Below are positions 57,821 through 64,000 of a stretch of DNA of 64,000 bases, one piece after another. The stretch lies in assembly GCA_012295275.1 (NCBI GenBank), contig CM022665.1, positions 5,332,001-5,396,000 on the forward strand. Direction: 5' to 3'. Below the pieces are notes generated by a model. It had not been told where the DNA came from. It saw only the letters and a list, made by a program, of their open reading frames with translations, and searched no databases. Within the stretch, counting starts at the first letter, position 1. Each line of letters starts with the position of its first letter. The position numbers and the translations under genes are program-made. This stretch comes from Chrysomallon squamiferum (lineage: Eukaryota > Animalia > Mollusca).

Positions 57821-59176
57821 CACAGCACGATGACGTACTTACTGAAAAATAAGATACGTTAACTACACACCACTGGCTCGTAAACGGTGTTGGATTGCAT
57901 ACACCACACTTGTTCTACAATTTAGAATGCCCATGTGACATGCAGGAAAGCTTCCCAGTCTTAGAATTTTCATCTTGAGTTCTAATTACTTTTACAGCCT
58001 TGGTTTTTCCATTAATACTGGCAATATCCTGTTTCTTCGTGTAAGTATTTATCTTTATATCTGTCTGCGTGAGATTAAATTCTAATATCTGTTTGTGCCT
58101 TGACTTTCCGTTGGTGGGAGCAGTGTATTCTGTAATACCAGTAGTAAAAGTATAGAGAATATGAATTTAGTCTGACCAAACAAACAAAACAAAGCAAAAC
58201 GAAGAGTCAAACAAACAAACAATCAAACAATAAATAAATAAATATATAAATAAATAAATTAGAACCTTTTCTTAACTCAAAAGATTCATTTTACACGGCA
58301 GGTGTATTGATTTATATTAAAGAAACGAAACAGCATAAAAATACAAAAAGAAAGACACGCACAAAAAAAACAAAAAAAAATAAAAAATAAAAACACCCCA
58401 CCGATATACAATTAGTGAACATTCAGTAAGAAATCTCTAGGATTATTCGTACTTTCACCTTTAATACACGTAATTATTTCCACGCATCGGATAGGATAAA
58501 TTAGCTAGATAAGGCGAAACTCATTAATTTCTTAATCATGTTGAAATCGAGACGACAAAAACACCTTCTTGATGCAAATATACTTTTTTTATTTTGAAAA
58601 TTCTCAGTTAATTTGCTATAAGATGCGCATGATAATTAATGTTTGGTTAATTAATGTTTGGTTAATTAATTGTGCTGACCTACCTGATCGAGAAGGTTAC
58701 CTCCCAAAAGACAGACATTCTATAATGCAGACATGCCATTTGATAGACAAAACTTTTTATTGGGTTATGTAATGGATCCTGTATACCCCCAACTGCTTTA
58801 GTGGTACTGCTCCAGTCTGTTCAGCATACTACTGCTTGTTGTTGTTATTATATCTACCAATTCCACACAAATTACTAGGAAAACTTAATTGTAATCTGTA
58901 AACAGAATTAACAAATGTAAAGATACTATGTTTTATGAAGTCCCTGTTTTTAGAGTTTAGATTAGGATAGGGTTCTCCACTTCAAATTCCGTATTCAATT
59001 CATTTCACTTCAGAAAGTCATTGTTTATATCTCAGTGATTATTATGTCTCTGACGACCAATGTCTTGTATTTCATTGATCTACATTTAAACCATAACTAA
59101 TCACTGACATAGCATATAAAAGTTCTTATACATTAACTACATGTACCTAACAAACACAGACTCACATTTTATAGCC

Positions 59177-60000
59177 ATGGCTGATCTTAGAAGGGCAGAA
59201 TGTGTTCAGTCACAAAAAGGTAGACGAAGAATAATACTGGAATGATTTCTATTTGCAAAGCGTTCATTGGAGATGTGTGACAAAAACGTGTACTGGGAAG
59301 TGCACCACTTTTGGCGATTTTATTCGGAACACATCGGAAGACAACCATCTTCCAAGTGACCCGAATGTTGCTTGGTTTATCACCATACTACGGAAGCGAG
59401 CAAGAGAATAAACAACACCAATACAGCAAATATACAATGATGAGGTTGTAAAGCAAACTTCAGAAACTGTACCTCATTTGCTTTCCTTTCCCAGTATGAG
59501 CAGTGCACTGTACAGACAGAGACGACTTCTGATACCTGCCCTACCACAGACTAGAGACGAAGTCAACATAGAAGAACCATGGACAAAGACAAACTACGGA
59601 AGACGCTACATTTTATTTAGCAATGGAAATGAAGATAACATGCTTGTGTTTGAAACCATGGATAACGGACCTGATGTTGCACAGGCGGAGACATTAAATG
59701 ATTATGTGGTTTCTACAGGGTAGACGATGACGCCAGATTTCCTTTGATTCTGTGGAACTATCATCTGACTACTGGCCCCACAATAATCTGGAGGGTTTTC
59801 ATTCCAGAATGAACCAGTCAGTTCGGCTTCACCATCCAGATATACAGAGATTTGTAGAACTGATAAAAGGAATAGAAACATCAGCACGTGCGTCTGCGTC
59901 ACGGGACGTCTGACTTTTGGGAGGACGCCAACGAGAAAGCCAGCCACAAGCCTGGTCTGGGTGAGTAAACGTAGGGTCGAGAATAAACTAGACAATAACA
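59177..60000 (+). mobile_element. Degenerate, internally deleted Mutator-like (MULE) transposase with N-terminal FLYWCH-type zinc finger
   Basis: Read across stops and frameshifts: SQKGRRRIILE*FLFAK..HWRCVTKTCTGKCTT (FLYWCH-like), then LRKRARE*TTPIQQIY, FPSMSSALYRQRR..PALP, WTKTNYGRRYILF...MLVFET. It then jumps to C-terminal motifs DYVVST(W)VDDDARFPLILWN...NNLEGFHSRMN...HHPDIQRFVELIK. No TIRs were identified. Confidence 0.8.
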
Positions 60001-60020
60001 ACAGTAAACACACGTCCTGT

Positions 60021-60051
<31 letters not shown>

Positions 60052-61015
60052 TTTTATTTATTTCATTTCATTTCATTTCATTACATTTATTTATTTATTT
60101 GCGTTTATTTGTTTGTATATTTATGTTTCCATTTTTATTTACTAACGAAGTTTTCTGTTACTTCTTCACCAAGTCAGCTTGACTAATTCACTTTTACAAC
60201 GAACCAAATTTTGACACTGTAAATCAAAAATGTCGAACAAATAAAAATGCCATCCATAAAATAAAACGAATGCAGAGACATTTCTCACCATCTCTTTACT
60301 TACGCTTCAGAGAAAAAACTGATTTTGTTTTCGCCTGTTAGAATGGCCGGGGTTATAATTAAGCCAGATACTTCAAGTCCCCAACTGCTCTGAGTTCCGA
60401 AATGATTAACTAATGAATCACGCCTCAGTAGCTGTGTCAGTTCAAAAAAAAAAGTGAGATCAGTCAAGCAGGCATAACATGTTTTTCTTTTTTTTTTCTA
60501 CTTTACAAAATTATTTTTGTAAAGCTGATTATTTTTATCTTTGTTTTTCAAACATAAAAAAAGGGATTGGTTTATGCATCAAAAATTCTTGTAAATTTAT
60601 ATGATTCTGATTATGTTTCTAACATTAATAATACGCGTACATAAAATGAATCTACACAAACATACGTATCTACACATATATACATGCATACATACAAACA
60701 TATATTCAAGTAAACCAAAACAAAACTACAGAAAGATAAAGAGAAAAGTGAATTAATAATATAATTATTAATTGTAACTGTAGATAAATATTCCACACCT
60801 TGACTGTTGATGCTGATAAAACGACCCGGAGACTAACACCTGGTTTTCTCCGCACACCTGCTTAATTATCTTTCTGTGTTTCAGGTGTGTAGAACACTGA
60901 ACATCTGTTACTAACACCCCCCCACCACCAGTAATCATTTTATGAATAGCAAGTAATTAGTTTTGTCGTTATTGTTAGATAGATTTATTTCATATTTCTT
61001 TTTTCGTTGTTGTTG

Positions 61016-61079
<64 letters not shown>

Positions 61080-61173
61080 GTAGTAGTAGTAGTAGTAGTA
61101 GTAGTATGGTTATCATCGGCATCTGTATTATAATCAATATTATGTTATCATCATCATGAGAGAGAATACTAAG

Positions 61174-61278
<105 letters not shown>

Positions 61279-61974
61279 TGTTTGAAATAATGATATAGAG
61301 GTACAGTCTGTCTGTACAATATCCCTGTCTCAGTATTCAACTCTCGTTTAGTTTTAGTGTGTATTAATTTGGCCTCATCATTGCCTCTGTACATCTGTTT
61401 TTTCAAATAATCTTTTATATTTGTTAGTATTGTTAGTACAGTTCACAAACAATTATGTATTCCAGAGGGATGAGTATATGGTGTTTACTTAAACGATAAA
61501 AAAATAAATAAAAAGAAGTTTCTTTGAAAATATCTTTATTTCTTTTTGTGTGCGTCTTACTATAAGCAATTCAAACACTGGAGTAAATCCTAGCACTAGC
61601 TTATAAATTTTTATTTTATTTTATGCGGACATTTTAAAACATTTTTTTTTTTATTAAATTTCATTTTTCACACCAGTCAAAGAATGATACGGATTACTAA
61701 TCTAATGGAAAAAAAGAGAAGAAACAACATAAGTAATATTATTATTTCAAAAAAAAAAATGATATATATATAAATAAAAAAAAAGTTATTAGTCGAACCT
61801 CATTGTGCTAGCTTGAAATGTTCGAAGTAATCCGCATTCGATTTATACGCTTACGAATCTGAGGCATTTATTTTAAACAGTTTTTGAATCGTTGAATTAC
61901 AGACGAATCAAATAATAATAAAAAAAAGGATGATAGCTAACACAGCTAACACTTTAACAGATCGTTGTAATAAC

Positions 61975-62130
61975 TGTAATACCTGCACCTCATTATTGTA
62001 ACAGTATAATCTACGTACCTAATTAACGGATTATTATAATTACATTGCACGTGCCTCATTAACGGGTTATTATTATTATATAATGAAATAAATGATCGTT
62101 ATAATTATACTTTACGTACCTTATTAAACA
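61975..62130. repeat. ~35-bp degenerate tandem repeat in the 3' UTR of the peptide-precursor gene
   Basis: Recurring ACGTACCTCATTAACGG.TTATTATAAT-like units immediately downstream of the stop codon on the - strand. Confidence 0.65.
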
Positions 62131-62131
62131 A

Positions 62132-63262
62132 TTACTCCTTGTTGGCGGGTTCTTCCAGAGATTCATCATCTGACAATTAAAAAAACAGCATTAATAAACA
62201 GATGGACAGACGAACTGACAGTATGAAGCATACAGCAGTTCAGTTTTACGTTTATTAATATTAATATAATACATTGTTGGTTGGTTTTTTACCCTTATAA
62301 TCACGTTATTATTATTATCATTATAGTAGTTGTTGTTGTTATTGTTATTGTTACCGTTACCACTATTACTACTACTACTACTACTAATAATAATAATAAT
62401 AATATGCTTTTTATCTGTAATTAGTGGATATATATAATTTAAGTCTCGTTTACATTTTCAGTGAAAAGCTGAATGTTTCCGATATACATATTTATTATTA
62501 AATAAACTTCATATACATATTCATTACTAAATATATATAATTTACATATTCATTACTAAAGATATCTGATTAACGTATACATTACTAAATATATGTAATT
62601 TACATATTCATTACTAGAGATATCTGATTTACATATTCATCACTTACCTTCCTCCTCCATAGCGTCCATCAAGTCTTCAATGTCTCGCTCGCTGAGGAAT
62701 TTCTCGAGATCTTTCTCGTCCAGCGTATCATCATCATCATCTTGAGTTTCATCTGCAACATCTCTGCCTGTTAGAAATGAAAGAAAGAAAATTAATCAAA
62801 GAGACTGTGTCAGTCTTATGAACGTCGATAGATAATATTTGTTAGAAACATTTGTTTTAAAGTAGTCTTGTCATTATAACATTAGTACTTTACAATATAA
62901 TAATACATTTATAGACTTATCTAAATATATCAGTTATATCTGCGTCAAATTAGCAAATTATAAATTTATTATCACTTTACTGTATGTCTATGTCTTATTT
63001 TTGACATACGGGCTGTCAAAAATTTTCATCACAGTGATTCATACGGCTTTAAACTAGCATTTGTATGGGGTGGACCTTAGCAAAAGGATATGTTAAAATA
63101 ACAACCTGGGAAAGTCGGGACAATTCCAACAGGTCCAGGAATCAAACGACGAATAGGAATTCTGGGAAACCTAAATCGTCTGAACCATCGTCTTCGTCCC
63201 CAAGCGTCAGACTGAGTTACAACAAGAGCCGCAAACAACAAGAAAACCAATAAGAGCTTCAT
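62132..63262 (-). CDS. Secreted cationic (Arg/Pro-rich) peptide precursor with anionic C-terminal propiece, putative antimicrobial peptide, 104 aa; coding exons 63262-63106, 62767-62648, 62169-62132
   Basis: GT-AG introns, both phase 1, give a 315-nt CDS: MKLLLVFLLFAALVVTQSDA | WGRRRWFRRFRFPRIPIRRLIPGPVGIVPTFP | GR | DVADETQDDDDDTLDEKDLEKFLSERDIEDLMDAMEEEDDESLEEPANKE*. The signal peptide is classical, ending S-D-A. An acceptor (tcaaacag|ATG) lies directly before the start codon, implying an upstream non-coding exon. Confidence 0.88.
62485..62642. repeat. ~29-bp minisatellite (TTTACATATTCATTACTAAA.ATAT...) abutting the donor of the last intron of the peptide-precursor gene
   Basis: About five copies of ACATATTCATTACTAAA are visible. 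Confidence 0.85.
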
Positions 63263-63344
63263 CTGTTTGAATAAACACGATAATTAGTAAAAAATAATAA
63301 GAGAGAGAGAAGAGAAGAGAAGAGAGAAGAGAAGAGAAGAGAAG

Positions 63345-63438
<94 letters not shown>

Positions 63439-64000
63439 AACAAGCAAAACAGAAGAAAACAAAATCGGTGTTAATAAATAAAACAAAGGCCTGACTTTCA
63501 GTACAACATTTATGATTTATTTTAAATTTACAAGATATTTTTTTACCGACTAGTTACATATATCGAAACTGTACAAGCTTAACATTAAGAACAGAAAAAG
63601 AAAAAGTTAGACAAAAAGCTAAGCAAAAGATCAGCCTTAACTTTCATCATTTTTTTTTTCCTTTTGACTATTATACACATATGAATAATAACTTTTGCGT
63701 ACAATTCTAGATATATGATTGCTCTTCAAATGTTCGAAATTTTTTTTTAATTACATATATATCAATAATCAGTTCAAAAAAAAAAAAAAAAAAAAAAAAA
63801 AATTATATATATATATATGATTTACAAGTATAAGATTAAAACCAATATTTCTAAACAAAGCACCAACCTTTGAGTTCAGTATCAGAATTATGATTAACTT
63901 TACATTTTCGAGGTCTTTTTAAGCATTCATAGTGCTGCTCATTACACCTCACAGAGTTGCCTGATTTAATCAGAAAATTATTTTTCTGCACTTTGAAGGT

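Noticed and set aside
59702-60013. 103-aa - strand ORF with a hydrophobic start
   Set aside because: It is antisense to the recognisable MULE transposase C-terminal remnant on the + strand.

Overview
AT-rich, microsatellite-dense eukaryotic DNA, most likely from a mollusc (gastropod-like; inferred from gene families and repeat style). Almost all ORFs in the supplied track are microsatellite artefacts. Manual splicing recovers four real genes. (1) A 5-exon TMEM272-like membrane protein on the - strand (1504-5185). (2) Head-to-head with it, a 6-exon lambda-crystallin/L-gulonate 3-dehydrogenase (CRYL1) homolog on the + strand (9017-19570) carrying substitutions at normally conserved active-site motifs. 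(3) A rhodopsin-class orphan GPCR on the - strand (37507-38601) that lacks the GN, LAxxD, DRY and NPxxY motifs. (4) A 104-aa secreted precursor with three coding exons on the - strand (62132-63262): signal peptide, 32-aa Arg/Pro-rich peptide, Gly-Arg amidation/cleavage site, then a strongly acidic, EF-hand-like propiece. Gene 4 is the best candidate for a novel system, a putative antimicrobial peptide. The window also holds an internally deleted MULE/FLYWCH transposase relic, a hAT-like MITE, degraded SINE copies, a ~1.45 kb tandem duplication with a ~750 bp indel, and several minisatellites. No database searches were run; family assignments come from motif recognition.
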